Assembly (NCBI RefSeq): GCF_963921235.1
Contig: NC_086108.1
Coordinates: 88,476,001-88,540,000 of the forward strand
DNA from: Mobula hypostoma
Taxonomy: Eukaryota
DNA length: 64,000 bases
Direction: 5' to 3'
Below are positions 1 to 12,400 of this stretch, one piece after another. The translations under genes and the position numbers were made by a program. Below the pieces are notes generated by a model. The model made no database searches. It saw nothing but the letters and a program-made list of their open reading frames with translations, and had not been told where the DNA came from. Position 1 is the first letter of the stretch, and the number at the start of each line of letters is the position of its first letter.

Positions 1-820
1 ATTTAATGTGGATAAATGTGAAGTTATCCACTTTGGTGGCAAAAATAGGAAAACAGATTATTATCTGAATCGTGGCCGATTAGGAAAAAGGGAGGTGCAA
101 CGAGACCTGGGTGTCATTATACACCAGTCATTGAAAGTGGGCATGCAGGTACAGCAGGCGGTGAAAAAGGCGAACGGTATGCTGGCATTTATAGCGAGAG
201 GATTCGAGTACAGGAGCAGGGAGGTACTACTGCAGTTGTACAAGGCCTTGGTGAGACCGCACCTGGAGTATTGTGTGCAGTTTTGGTCTCCTAATCTGAG
301 GAAAGACATCTTTGCCATAGAGGGAGTACAAAGAAGGTTCACCAGATTGATTCCTGGGATGGCAGGTCTTTCATATGAAGAAAGACTGGATGAACTGGGC
401 TTGTACTCGCTGGAATTTAGAAGATTGAGGGGGGATCTGATTGAAACGTATAAGATCCTAAAGGGATTGGACAGGCTAGATGCAGGAAGATTGTTCCCGA
501 TGTTGGGGAGGTCCAGAATGAGGGGTCACAGTTTGAGGATAGAGGGGAAGCCTTTTAGGACCGAGATTAGGAAAAACTTTTTCACACAGAGAGTGGTGAA
601 TCTGTGGAATTCTCTGCCACAGCAAACTGTTGAGGCCAGTTCATTGGCTATGTTTAAGAGGGAGTTAGATATGGCCCTTGTGGCTACAGGGGTCAGGGGG
701 TATGGAGGGAAGGCTGGGTTCTGAGTTGGATGATCAGCCATGATCATAATAAATGGCGGTGCAGGCTCGAAGGGCCGAATGGCCTACTCCTGCACCTATT
801 TTCTATGTTTCTATGTTTCT
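1..820 (+). mobile_element. CR1 LINE 3' end (RT C-terminus, 3' UTR, (TTCTATG)n-like tail)
   Basis: ORF 8-724 has CR1 motifs KCEVIHFG, LYKALVRPHLEYCVQFWSP, RGDLIETYK, FFTQRVVNLWN; ends in ttctatgtttctatgtttcta. Confidence 0.93.
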
Positions 821-1229
821 ACTTTGTGGTCCTTAGGCTGGCAATCAATATGGTTGAAACATCAGGTTGAAACAATATGTTGTAATCAAATATACTAGAA
901 AATAGTGTTCATTTTTGCTCAATCATTTGTTTCTCTAGTATTCTGTTCAGTTTAATCCATAGAAATTTCCCCTTGGTGCATGAGAACTACAAATCAGAAG
1001 ACTATTTTTTCAATAATTCTGGATGTTACACAGGGGTTCAGAATAAATTACAGAACAGAATATTGGAAATCAGCGAAATGATCTTTAACTGGAGACAAAT
1101 GAGGCATAAATAAATTCTGACATTTTGATTGAACATTGCTTTCCTGTGAGTAGCTGAATATCGAAACATTTGTTTTATATTTTTCAGCTGGTTAAGTTCA
1201 AACATTCCCAAGTTAAAAATACTTCTTAC

Positions 1230-1386
1230 CTGTAATGAATTTCTGCCATTTTTGGTCAATGTTGTAACGCACACAGCCGCTCCCAGAAGGGAATATTATA
1301 CTTTGATCATCAAAATAAAAAACATTATTGACAACAGAGCTTTGAAACCCAAAAATATGATGAGCCTGGACCACTGGAGTTGTCAT
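1230..1386 (-). CDS. CFAP57: Cilia- and flagella-associated protein 57 (WDR65), first coding exon; gene continues left of the window
   Basis: Hand translation [52 protein letters not shown](G) closely resembles the CFAP57 N-terminus as recalled ([29 protein letters not shown]); 157 nt ending at donor CAG|gtaaga. Absent from the ORF track. Confidence 0.9.
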
Positions 1387-2238
1387 TGTGGACTACTGTC
1401 AATATTATTTTCTTTATCTATACTTTTTAGTATCAATCATTCAAATAAACTGTATATTCATATCCCTAGCACACTTTGTCTTTCTCCTCTCTGTTGTATA
1501 TTCATTCTACCTCTATTCTTTACACACTGTGTATTTATCACTTATACTTTCTCAATAAACCGTCACTTTATGTTCCCCTTTCTTCGATTTTCTAAATATC
1601 ATTCAATATTGTGTTGTACACCTTTCTCATATAACCTCTGATATATTTCCTATCTGTCATAGATTTTATAATATTATCTCCTCTTCTTTCAAGCAAGCCT
1701 GTCTCATTTTAATGACCTTTATGTCTAAAATTTATTGAGCTTTATCCACTGGAGTTTTCCCCCTTGTCCTCTAACTCACTCTCTATCTAATGCACAGCGA
1801 ACCACTGCATTCTCTCTACCACACTCCCTCTGCAGGTCTCCAGTAATCTGTTCTTTTGCACTCGCCCTGTCACTTTCCTTCTTTCTTTATCTGCAGTAAT
1901 CACTTTTTCTCTAAATATCCACGCACCACACCTTTTAATACCCCTTTATCATTATTATTCTTTCTTAATCCCTTTACTTTCTCTATTACTCGCGCTATCA
2001 CTTTCAATGAAGTTTGCTTGTTTGCTTAATCTCTCTACCTCTATCACTATCTCTAACTGCGTCTCTAACTCAGTTCCTCGCTCTCTCTCTCCCTCTACTA
2101 TCACACTCTCGCCATCTGTCTCTGTCGATCTGTCTTTTGCTCTCTACGTTACTCCCTTGTTCTCCCTCTATCTTTTCTTTTATCACTCTCGATCCGCTTG
2201 CAGTACAGACCCTGGTTTCTTGTCCTGTAAATAATGCT

Positions 2239-2316
2239 GTTGCCATGGACACGGGCCGGAAGCTCCTCACCGGAAGCGATCGGCCGCGGCTTGCCGGGGC
2301 TCTGGGAATTGTAGTT
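2239..2316. promoter_or_regulatory. CFAP57 core promoter: RFX X-box, two ETS/GABPA-type sites, ZNF143 (SBS) motif
   Basis: GTTGCCATGGACAC at 2239-2252; CCGGAAG at 2256-2262 and 2270-2276; CTGGGAATTGTAGTT at 2302-2316 (ACTACAATTCCCAG on minus); local CpG cluster about 850 bp upstream of the ATG. Confidence 0.75.
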
Positions 2317-2329
2317 CAAAAATTTAGCA

Positions 2330-2423
2330 CACGAGATTCTGCAGATGCTAAGAATCCTGAGTGACATACACAAATCTTGCTGAGTTCCTCCAGCATTTTG
2401 TGTGTGTGTGTGTGTGTGTTGCT
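2330..2423. repeat. Degenerate Penelope-like terminal fragment with (GT)n microsatellite
   Basis: ctgcagatgct and gagttcctccagcattttgtgtg shared with other PLE copies; (GT)n at about 2399-2418. Confidence 0.55.
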
Positions 2424-2847
2424 GAGGGTTAAAGCAGTGGTGGAATACGTTTTTACTTGAACCAGTCATTGCTATGCTCTAATCGTTCCTGTAAGTTTCA
2501 TCAGTTTTGCATGCTGCACTTTATAGTATTGACTATAGGTGACGCTTTGCTACCAGCTCCAGAACGGTAAGAAGACTGAACGACCAAATGCAATTGATAC
2601 AACAAAAAAAACGCTTCGGAAGTAAACTGGATTCCCTGCTGAGATACAAAAGCAAAGAGTAATTTAAATTTCAAATTTATAGTTTCATCTCGCACATCTA
2701 GCAAGAGAAGGGCATGCCAGAAGATATCAAAGACACCAGAACTGTACCATTTCAAAAAAGGAGATCACTCCAATTGCGGAGGCGTCAGAGAGATTTCCCT
2801 ACTGCCTGCAAATAAGAAAAGTAGTCACTCGGATCCTTCTTAGCTGT

Positions 2848-2865
2848 CGCTACCAGGGGGCCAAA
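2848..2865 (+). promoter_or_regulatory. Putative CTCF site
   Basis: CGCTACCAGGGGGCCAAA resembles the CCACCAGGGGGCG core consensus. Confidence 0.4.
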
Positions 2866-2882
2866 GTACTTCTTCCTGAATG

Positions 2883-3094
2883 CAACACACATCAAGGTTG
2901 CTGGTGAACGCAGCAGGCCAGGCAGCATCTCCAGGAAGAGGTACAGTCGACGTTTCAGGCGTCCTGACGAAGGGTCTCGGCCTGAAACGTCGACTGTACC
3001 TCTTCCTAGAGATGCTGCCTGGCCTGCTGCGTTCACCAGCAACTTTGATGTGTGTTGCTTGAATTTCCAGCATCTGTAGAATTCCTGTTGTCTG
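2883..3094. mobile_element. Palindromic non-autonomous Penelope-like insertion
   Basis: 79-bp inverted arms 2882-2960 / 2980-3058 with 2 mismatches; flanked by direct repeat CTTCCTGAATG (2872-2882, 3095-3105); same sequence as GIY-YIG-linked copies at 33.4 and 47.2 kb. Confidence 0.8.
2961..2994 (+). ncRNA. Minimal type I hammerhead ribozyme motif
   Basis: GTC-CTGACGA-AGG(GTCTCGG)CCT-GAAA-C-GTC-GAC; intact catalytic core, predicted cleavage after C2991. Confidence 0.72.
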
Positions 3095-3846
3095 CTTCCT
3101 GAATGACAAGTTTCTGTTTCCCAGATTTGATGAAGCATCCTGGAACTTAAGTAGTTTAAGCAATTTCTGGTTTATACATGATTTCCAGTACAGTTACTTG
3201 CATTTTTTAAAATGTAATTTCCTGAATTGCAAGGTGGTTTCCACACAATGGGCATAAAATTAAATTTCAAAACATTGCCGGGAGTAGCAACAACCACTTT
3301 ATGTGGCCTGTTTTGACCTTAAAAAAACTTTAATTTAGATCAAGAAGGATTTTAGTGAATTCTGAACTTTGTCCACAGGAATTAATCCCCATTTTACATC
3401 AGCTACATCATTGCATCTTAAACATGGTCCACAACAAGCTCTAAATCATGATGAAAACATGTCAAGCAAAAATGTGTCATTCTCTCAAAACTTTTCTTAA
3501 TCTTTCTCACTGCAGTGAAAGGTCTCCGACGTGTAATGCTAACATGCGTGTTAACTCACTAACACACAGAGCAACACACATAAAATGCTGGAGGAACACA
3601 ACTAGTCAGGCAGCGTTTGTGAAGAGGAACAAATTCCACTGAAGTCTAGGTGGGGTGGTGAACTCAGTTTTTAAAAGTAAAGGGTCAATTGCAGTGACCA
3701 GAGAATACAAAGGCATTTTTAAAAATAGCCTGTAATCATCAGACTCTTTGCAAACAATTATTAACCTTAATTCAATAACTTTTTCTTGGAACCTCCCATC
3801 TGATTGAGAGTCAGAGGCAGATGTCCATAATTTGGAGTAGCAAGAT

Positions 3847-4157
3847 GTGTTGCTTTACCCCTTGCCCATCCTCTGGGTCCCCCACCCCCCGCGTCTTTCT
3901 TCCCAGACCTCCTGTCCCATGATCCTCTCGTATCCCTTTTGCCTATCACCTGTCCAGCTCTTGGCTCCATCCCTCCCCCTCCTGTCTTCTCCTATCATTT
4001 TGGATCTCCCCCTCCCCCTCCAACTTTCAAATCCCTTACTCACTCTTCCTTCAGTTAGTCCTGACGAAGGGTCTCGGCCTGAAATGTCGACTGCACCTCT
4101 TCCTAGAGATGCTGCCTGGCCTGCTGCGTTCACCAGCAACTTCTATGTGTGTTGCTT
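3847..4157 (+). mobile_element. Penelope-like element terminal repeat fragment
   Basis: C/T-rich segment followed by hammerhead motif and gatgctgcctggcctgctgcgttcaccagc; reverse complement of the 47.2-47.5 kb copy. Confidence 0.8.
4056..4093 (+). ncRNA. Minimal type I hammerhead ribozyme motif
   Basis: TAGTC-CTGACGA-AGG(GTCTCGG)CCT-GAAA-T-GTC-GACTG; helix I AGTC/GACT. Confidence 0.68.
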
Positions 4158-4439
4158 TGAAAAGGCTTTGTATTTACATAAATGGGGTTCCAGTTATTTA
4201 ACAGCAAATCTTCACAGGCAGGAAGAACTAAATGATCAAGCAAGCAGCAACGCAAAGATAATGCTGGAAGAACTCATCAAGCCAGTCATCTGTGTAGGAG
4301 GGAAGCATTAAATGTTCACTGACATACCGAGTATTTGCAACACTTTGTTTTTATTACATTGATATTGTAATCACAAAAGTGCATTGAAGGCAGACTTCTC
4401 ACTTGATTAATCTTCTGACTCTTCAAAGTCTACCCGTTA

Positions 4440-5270
4440 CTTCTGAGACAATGCAGGAGTGTGATAGAATCCATTCTACTTGCTTGGATGACTGCACTTC
4501 ATGTATACTTGACACCATCTAGAACAAAACAGTGCTCTTCATTGACACCCCAAGCAGCAGTTAAAACAGTCACACCCTCCATGGTCTGAGTACCGTGGCC
4601 ACACAGCATCCCATCGCTAAAATGCAGACTGATAGGTGGTAGATATTATAGCTGCCACAGTAACACAGTAATACTTGGTAATGATCATCTTGAAAAATAG
4701 TGAATCTAATCACTGACATTCCATGGCATTAGCACTACTGAGTTCCCCACCTTTAACATCCTGGGGGCCTCAACTGATTAGAAACTCAACTGCAACAGCC
4801 ACATTAAGACTATGATTATAGGAGAAGGTTAGAAGCTGTGTGTCCTGTGGAGAATGTCTCACTTCCTGATGTCTCAATGTCTTTCTGCCATCTACAAGGA
4901 GCAGGTCAGGAGTGTAAACAGTCTCCACTTACCTAGGTGAGGAAAGCTCCCACAGCTCTCAAGAAGCCATGCATTATTCAGGACAAAGTAGGCCACATGT
5001 TTGGCACCTCATTCACCATCTTAGGTATGAATTCTCTCCACTCCCCTATACAGTGGCTGAAATTTGTACCATCTCCAAATTATGCTACTTAGACAACTCC
5101 CACAGCACCTACCAAGCCTATAATCTCTGACACCTAGAACAATAAAGTGAGTGAGCCACTTCCTTCAATAACCACAACGTGCTTACTTTATCTCTGCTGA
5201 ATCAAAGTCTTGAAAATTTCCCTGTTCAAGAACACTGTGGGAATTATGTAGATTGTAGTGGTTCACCTTA
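4440..5270 (+). mobile_element. Old degenerate LINE 3' fragments (CR1/L2 group)
   Basis: Two related diverged segments (gacaccatc...acaaa.cag...ttgacaccc and caggacaaagtaggccacatgtttggcacc); a similar piece lies at 29905-30010. Confidence 0.4.
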
Positions 5271-5330
5271 GCAAGAAGAAGAAACAATGAGTAACTTATG
5301 TTGCCAATGTCAATGGCAGTCTCAACCTTA

Positions 5331-6211
5331 TGTTACGTACCCGGTAACTGGGTTGCCAAACCAGCAGAAATGGATCACTCAGTTGGAGTCTGGATTACTA
5401 GAACTAAGAAAGTTTTATTAAAGAAACAAGCAACACAGTACTCTAATCAAAAGGATAATGAATGCAACAGTTCAGCAATGATAAACATACATGTACACAG
5501 AATTAAGATAACAGGATCAATCAAGCTCTATCGTTGTCTAGGGGTAAATGACCAGTTTCAAAGTGACACAAAGTTCAGTTCAATTTAGTTCAGTTCAGTT
5601 CAGTTCGCAGTAATCGCTGCCGTGGCGATGGACAGTGGGGGGAAGGAGAGAGAGAGCAAAAATGAATGAATATTCAAAACGGCTTCCACACAGACCTTCA
5701 CAGTCAGCTTTCAGGTGAGCCCTTTGTGATGTCATCTGAGGTCACCGACCGTGACCCCTCCGTTTCCAGATACGATCGTTTCTCTGCAGTGAACCCGGCA
5801 CCCAGGCAAGGGTGGACACACACCAGGTTCCCACCGATCGTGCCTTTCCACCCTGAGCGTCTATGGCTTGATCCCGCGACCAGCCGTCCAAAAGCTTCCC
5901 ACCGACTTGTGAGAGACGCACCGCTTCCAGGGTCTCGTTATCTCGGGTGTCGTGTGTGTCCTTGCCTTAGTGAACCTGTCCCTTTTTATCCCCCTGCTGG
6001 GGTATCGCCTGTCCATCACTTCAAACAGTTCAGGGTTCAAAGGGGGAGCCGACCTTGACAGCTCTCCTTCCCTTCATTAACATCTCCAAATGCTGCTCCA
6101 TTGTTTTCCTTCTCTCTCTCTCTCCTGAAGACAGGTGGCAGACCAACTGCTGATCCCACTGGTGCCAGCCCAAGACAGCTAACATCTTTATCGATGTGTA
6201 TTCTTGTCACA
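5331..6211 (-). mobile_element. Solo LTR of the Gypsy family found at 41746-44156
   Basis: Reverse complement of the 41746-42618 LTR over its full length; TG...CA termini; near-TSD CTTA/CTTT. Confidence 0.9.
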
Positions 6212-6234
6212 CTTTTAATAGATGAAATAAACTT

Positions 6235-6326
6235 CCTGATGAAGGGTCTCGGCCCGAAACGTCAACTGTACCTTTTCCTATAGATGCTGCCTGGCCTGCT
6301 GCATTCCACCAGCATTTTGTGTGTAT
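6235..6326 (+). mobile_element. Penelope-like terminal fragment with hammerhead core (6236-6263)
   Basis: CTGATGA-A-GGG(TCTCGG)CCC-GAAA-C-GTC; the 5' arm of helix I is missing. Confidence 0.7.
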
Positions 6327-6539
6327 TGATGCAATAAACAGTTGGTTTTGGCAGTTTTATAGTCCTACATTATTAATTATCAACGAGTGTGGTGATTTTT
6401 TGTGTACAGCTCCCAAGGGAATCATCAAATATTCCCGTTCAGATCAATTACAGCTGAAATCTGCAGCCGTACTGCTGTGAGAAGCCTTGTTTCAAGTCTT
6501 TGAACTTTGAAGTCATTTAAAAAGTATAGCAATCTTTAA

Positions 6540-6756
6540 AATGGTGCATATATGGAATGCTCTGCCCCAGAAGGCTGTGGAGGCCAAATCTCTGGATGCT
6601 TTCAAAAAAGAGATGGATAAAGCTCTTAAAGATAGCGGAATCAAAGGTTATGGGGATAAGGCAGGAATTGGATACTGATTGTGGATGATCAGCCATGATC
6701 ACAGTGCTGGCTCGAAGGGCCGAATGGCCTACTCCTGCACCTATTGTCTATTGTCT
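6540..6756 (+). mobile_element. CR1 3' terminal fragment
   Basis: tggaatgctctgcccc...gatcagccatgatc...ggctcgaagggccgaatggcctactcctgcacct followed by tattgtc repeat tail. Confidence 0.85.
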
Positions 6757-7834
6757 AAAATTAGCACAGTGGGGACTGCAGATCACCCAGGTTCAAGATT
6801 AAAGACCCTCTCTACCCAGGACATGTCCCCTTCTCCTTTCTACCATCACGGAGGAGGTACAGGAACCTGATGATTCAAACTCAAAGTTTTAGGGACAACT
6901 TCTTCCTCGCTGCCATCAAATTTCTGAATGGGACATGAACTCATGAGCACCAGCTTGCTATTCCTGTTTTACTCCATTAATTAATTAATTTGTTGATTTA
7001 TATTGTGATTATAGTATACCTGCAGTGTACTGCTTCCAATAAACAAGAAATTTCAAGACTTGTGTCAGTGACAATAAACTTGACTCTGATTTGTAAATAT
7101 TAAGGAAATGCAAATGATCAATCAAAACATTAATTTCAAAGTTCAAAGGTAACTGATTATCAAAGTACAGATATGTCACCATACACAACCCAGAGATCCA
7201 TATTCTTGCGGGCAATCACAGTAAGTACAAGAAACACAATAAAATCAAAGCTTGCACCCAAAAGGAGTGACAAACAACCAATGTGTAAAAAGAAAGAAAA
7301 AGAGAAATAATAATAATAATACATAAATAAATAAACAATAAATATCAAGAACATGAACTGAAGAATCCTTGAATGTGAGTTCATACGTAGGTTGTGGGAA
7401 TAGTTGAGTGATAACTTCTCCACCAATGCTGGCTGAACTGCAGAATATTTCCTGTGACCTTTTTATTTGAGATATTCATGTGTTTTGCATGCAGTTCAAT
7501 CTACTTCTCAAAAAAATCCACTACCCCCGACGTTACCACAGTATAAACCAGTGTCAGTTTCATTACCCGATCTCTTAGTTTTCGCCCTATCACCTTTAAT
7601 GACAATATACTAATCTTCCAAAGTATTGGCCTTCTTCTCACCATAAGGCTCCAAATATCGTACCCAGGTAAAGCACTAACTATACACATTTTTGGAACCC
7701 TTATTGGCTACTCTCAGAGTTGGTGGGATGGACTGTAGAGTAGGCCATTGCTACACAGAACACCTCCATTCAATCACTATGCATGATTCTGACATTTCAT
7801 TATAATTTTAATTTGCATTTCCACTCCTTCAGAG

Positions 7835-8472
7835 GTTCTGATGAACTTCTATAGATGCAGAACAGAGAGTAGCTTAACTGGTTGCCTCGCAGCCCGATGT
7901 GGGAACACCAATGCCCAAGAACGGAAAAGACTATGGAAAACTGCTGGATACAGCCCAACTCGTCACAGGGAAACCCCTCTCCACCACCGAGCACATCTAC
8001 AAAGAGCACTGCTACAAGAAAGCAGCATCTGCCATCAAAGAGTCCACCATCCGGACTATGCTCTCTTTACGTTGCTGCCATTGGGAAGGAGGTACAGGAG
8101 CCTTAGATCCCACACCACCAGATTCAGGAAGAGTTATTACCCTTCAACCATCAGGCGCCTAAGCCCGTGTGGACATCGTCACTCGCATTCAACACAAGCT
8201 ATGGGCTCACTTTCAAGGACTCTAACAACTCACATTTTTAATTATTTATTTATTATTTATTTCTCTATCCATCTATCAGTTTCTTTGTTTGCTTGTTTGT
8301 TTCTCTTTGTCTTCATTTGCACGTTGGTTGTTTGTCAGTCTTCATTTGTGTGTAGTTTTGCATTGATTCGATTGTACTTCCTTGTCCTTCTGTGAATGCT
8401 TGTGATAAAATTAATCTCAGGATAATATCTGGTGACATATACAGTATGTGATAATAAAGTTACTTCAAACTT
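7835..8472 (+). mobile_element. Rex1/Babar-type LINE 3' fragment
   Basis: Frameshifted NFYRCRTESSLTGC...HP..ALF.LLP.GRRYRSLRS.TTRFR.SYYP.TIR motif; T-rich 3' UTR. Confidence 0.75.
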
Positions 8473-8796
8473 TGATCCCTGTCTTTGGCCCACTAAGCTG
8501 TTCTAATTAAGTTCAAGGAATAGCGATTCTTCTCAAGACATTTTACATCCTTTTGTACTCAGTACGAACTTCTACAATTTCAGATCACTGTCACTGCCAA
8601 ATCTGTTTGGAATAACAACAGCAAATACATTTTCAACCCCATTTACTCCTCCTCCAGATCCATCTTTTTTCCATAGTAATGCAGCCCATTAACAATGCTT
8701 TTTGCTTGTTGTCCAGTTTTGCACCCCATTGTTCACCTTCTTCTTGATCCCTAGTTGAACTCTGCCACATCATCACTTTTTCCCCAGTTATAATGC

Positions 8797-9088
8797 AAGA
8801 TGGCGGGTTGGAGTTATGCCTCTCTCAAAGGAGGTGTAAAGCACTCCTTCCCTCCACTGGTCTGCAGGTCACCCTTGGGCAAGATGCAGCACCTGCTTAG
8901 GCTCCGTCCCAAATGATCAGGCTCATGTGAAGTCATGAGTAGGTGGTGGACGGTCATATGAGCAGCAGGTGCACCTCACGTCCTGGTTATGCAACCACTG
9001 AAGCCAGGCAGACGATTTTTGAAGAGTATTGATAATGGCTGCAGTCACCCATCTTGTAAAAATACTGCTTAGAAGAAGGCAATGGTAA
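8797..9088 (+). mobile_element. Isolated RTE 5' UTR fragment
   Basis: Homologous to the reverse complement of 53950-54215 (aaaggaggtgtaaagcactcctt ... gaagaaggcaatgg). Confidence 0.6.
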
Positions 9089-9489
9089 TTTTCATTTGCT
9101 TTTAATTTTTTACTCTTTACTTTAAATCTTATGGATTCATATCTCATTTTAAATACACATCCCTGCAATTTTCTGCACAACCTCCACAGCAAAGGGCTGT
9201 ATTCTAGACAGATTGCCTCTATTATTTCCCCTTTTCTTCAGATCTTTCACTTTCAAATACCCATCAGTACCCCAAATGTCATTCTACTTCCGCATGCATT
9301 CTGAAATGCTACCCAAGATGTCTTATGTAATTATTTCTATTAATTTCTCTCGTTACAGTAAATTCTTTGATTAGATCAACTCTTAGCCTTACAAGTGCAG
9401 GGCTTAATAAGAATTGTAGGCCATTTTTCCCTTCGAGCCTATTTTGTTATGTAAAAATACACAATTATTTACTGCGTCTTGACAGGCAG

Positions 9490-12400
9490 GTGAGCAGAGA
9501 GAATGATATGAAATCGAATCCTGAGAAAGAGATGACATAGGAGTGGAAGATGTAGAATCCTTGGGGGTACAAAAAAGAAACTGCAAGGGCAAGAAGACCC
9601 TGATGGGAGTTATATACCTTTCTCAAAGCAGTAGCCAGCATGTGGGCTACAAATAACAATGGGGAATAGAAAAGACATGTTTAAAAAGGCAATGTTACAA
9701 TTGTCATGAGAGATTTCAATATGCAGGTAGATTGGGAAAATCAGGTTGGTACTGGATCCCAAAAGAGAGTTTGTAGAATGCCTATGAAATGGCTTTTTTT
9801 GAGCAGCTAGGAGATCAGCGATTCTGGTTTGGGTGTTGTGCAATGAACCTGAATTGATCACAGAGCTTAAAAGTAAAGGGACTCTTGGGGGGGGGGGATT
9901 GGAGCGGTGGGGAGCAGTGACCATAATGTGATAGTATTCACCTTGCAAGCTGAGGGGGAAAAGCCAGATATATCAGTATTACACTGGAGTAAAGGGGATT
10001 ATAGAGGCTTGAGAGAGGAGCTGGCCAAAGTCTCTTGGAAGGGAACACCAACAGGGATGGCAGCACAGAGCAATGGCTGGAGTTTCTGGGAGCAATTTGG
10101 AAGGCGCAAGATAGATAAATCCTAAAGTAGTATTATAAACTCAGTCACAGTTGCATCATCCTGACAAGGGAAGTCAAAGTCAACAGAAAAGCAAAAGAGG
10201 GGCATATTAAATCAAAAATTAGTAGGAATTTAGAGGATTGGGAAGTTTTTAAAAACCAACAGAAGGCAACTAAAATAAAAAGCCAGGAGGGAAAAGATGA
10301 AATATGAAAGTAAGCTAGCCAATAATATCAAAGATTACACCAAAAAGTATTCCTCCCCCCCATATAAAGAGTAAAGGAGAAATGAGAATAGATATCAGAC
10401 TGTTGGAAAGTGACACTGGAGAGGTAATAATGGGGGACAGGGAAATGACAAATGAACTAAGTCAGTATTTTACATCATTCTACTCTGTAGAAAACAAGAG
10501 CAGTGTGCAAAAAGGTCAAAAGTGCCAGGAGGCAGAAGTGAGTGCAGTTGCTATTACTAGGGAGAAGTTGTTTGGGTAGCTGAAAGGTCTGAAGGTAGAC
10601 AAGTGACCTGGACCAGATGAACGGTACCCCAGGGTTCTGAAAGAGGTGGCTAAAGAGATTGAAAGATCATTACTAATGCTGCAGGGGCAGATAGTGTTGA
10701 GGAAGCAGGGAATGGACAAGGAAATGCAGAAGGAATGGTGTCAGGAAGTGTATGGTCATGTAGTCTGGTAGAAGGAATAAAAGCATAGACTATTTTCTAA
10801 ACTGGGAGAATATTCAAAAATCCAAGGTGCAAAGGGACTTGGGAGTCCTCATGCAGGATTCCCTTAAGGATAACTACAGGTTGAGTTAATGGTAACAAAA
10901 TAGATGCAGGAGTAGGCCATTCAGCCCTTCGAGCCAGCACCGCCATTCACTGTGATCATGGCTGATCATCCACAATCAGTACCCTGTTCCTGCCTTCTCC
11001 CCATATCCCTTGACTCCACTATCTTTAAGAGTTCTATCTAACTTTTTCTTTGAAAGAATCCAGAGAATTAGCCTCCACTGCCTTCTGAGGCAGAGCATTC
11101 CACAGATCCACAACCCTGTGTGAAAAAGTTTTTCTTCAATACTGTTTTAAATGGTCTACCCCTTATTCTTAAACTGTGGCCTCTGGTTCTGGACTCTCCC
11201 AACATCAGGAACCTGTTTCCTGCCTCTAGTGTGTCCAATCCCTTAATAATCTTATATATTTCGATCAGATCCCCTCTCATCCTTCTAAATTCCAGTCTAT
11301 ACAAGCCCAGTTGCTCCAATCTTTCAATATATGACATTCCCGCCATCCCTGGAATTAACCCAGTGAACCTACACTGCACTCCCTCCATAGCAAGAGTGTC
11401 CGTCCTCAAATCTGGAGACCAAAACTGCACACAATACTCCAGGTGGGGTCTTACCAGGGCCTTGTACAACTGCAGAAGGACCTCTTTGCTGCTGTACTCA
11501 ACTCCCCTTGTTATGAAGGCCAACATGCCATTAGCTTTCTTCACTGCCTGCTGTACCTGTATGCTTACTTTCAGTGACTGATGAACAAGGACACCCAGAT
11601 CTCGTTGTACTTCCCCCTTTCCTAACGACACCATTCAGATAGTAATCTGCCTCCCTGTTCTTGCCACCAAATTGGATAACCTCACATTTATCCAGATTAA
11701 ACTGCATCTGCCCACTCACCCAACCTGTCTAAGTCACCCTGCATTCTCATAACATCCTCCTCACATTTCACACTGTCACCCAGCTTTATGACATCTGCAA
11801 ATTTGTTAATGTTACTTTTAATCCCTTTATCTAAATCATTAATGTATTTTGTAAATGGCTGCGGTCCCAACACCGAGCCTTGCGGTACCCCACTAGTCAC
11901 TGCCTACCATTCTGAAAAGGACCCGTTAATCCCTACTTTTTGTTTCCTGTCTGCCAACCAATTTTCAATCCATGTGAATACCTTACTCCCAATACAATGT
12001 GCTCCAATTTTGCCCACTAACTTCCAATGTGGGACCTTATCAAAGACTTTCTGCAAGTCCAGGTACACTACATCCACTGGCTTTCCCGTGTCCATTTTCA
12101 TAGTTACACTCTCAAAAAATTCCAGATTATCAAGAATGATTTCCCCTTCGTAAATCTATGCTGACTCGGACCTATCCTGCTACTGCTATCTAAATATGCC
12201 ACTATTTCATCTCTTATAATTGACTGCAGCATCTTCCCCACCACTGATGTCAGTCTAACTGGTCCATAATTGTCTAAAATGCAATGTTAGCATACATTTT
12301 GAGAGGACTAAAATATAAAACACAGATGTTATATTGAGGATTAATAAAGCACTGGTGAGGCCTCACTTGGAACAGTGAGAGCAGTTTTGGGCTCCTCATC

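Noticed and set aside
2014..2364. ORF containing MDT... as an EBNA1BP2 start
   Set aside because: The ATG is the centre of the X-box and no acidic EBNA1BP2-like sequence follows
2785..3138. Recurrent short ORFs (LVNAAGQAASLGRGTVDVSGRDP) at 2.8, 3.9, 39.2 and 47.2 kb as a peptide family
   Set aside because: They are translations of the Penelope-like terminal repeat; starts and stops are not conserved
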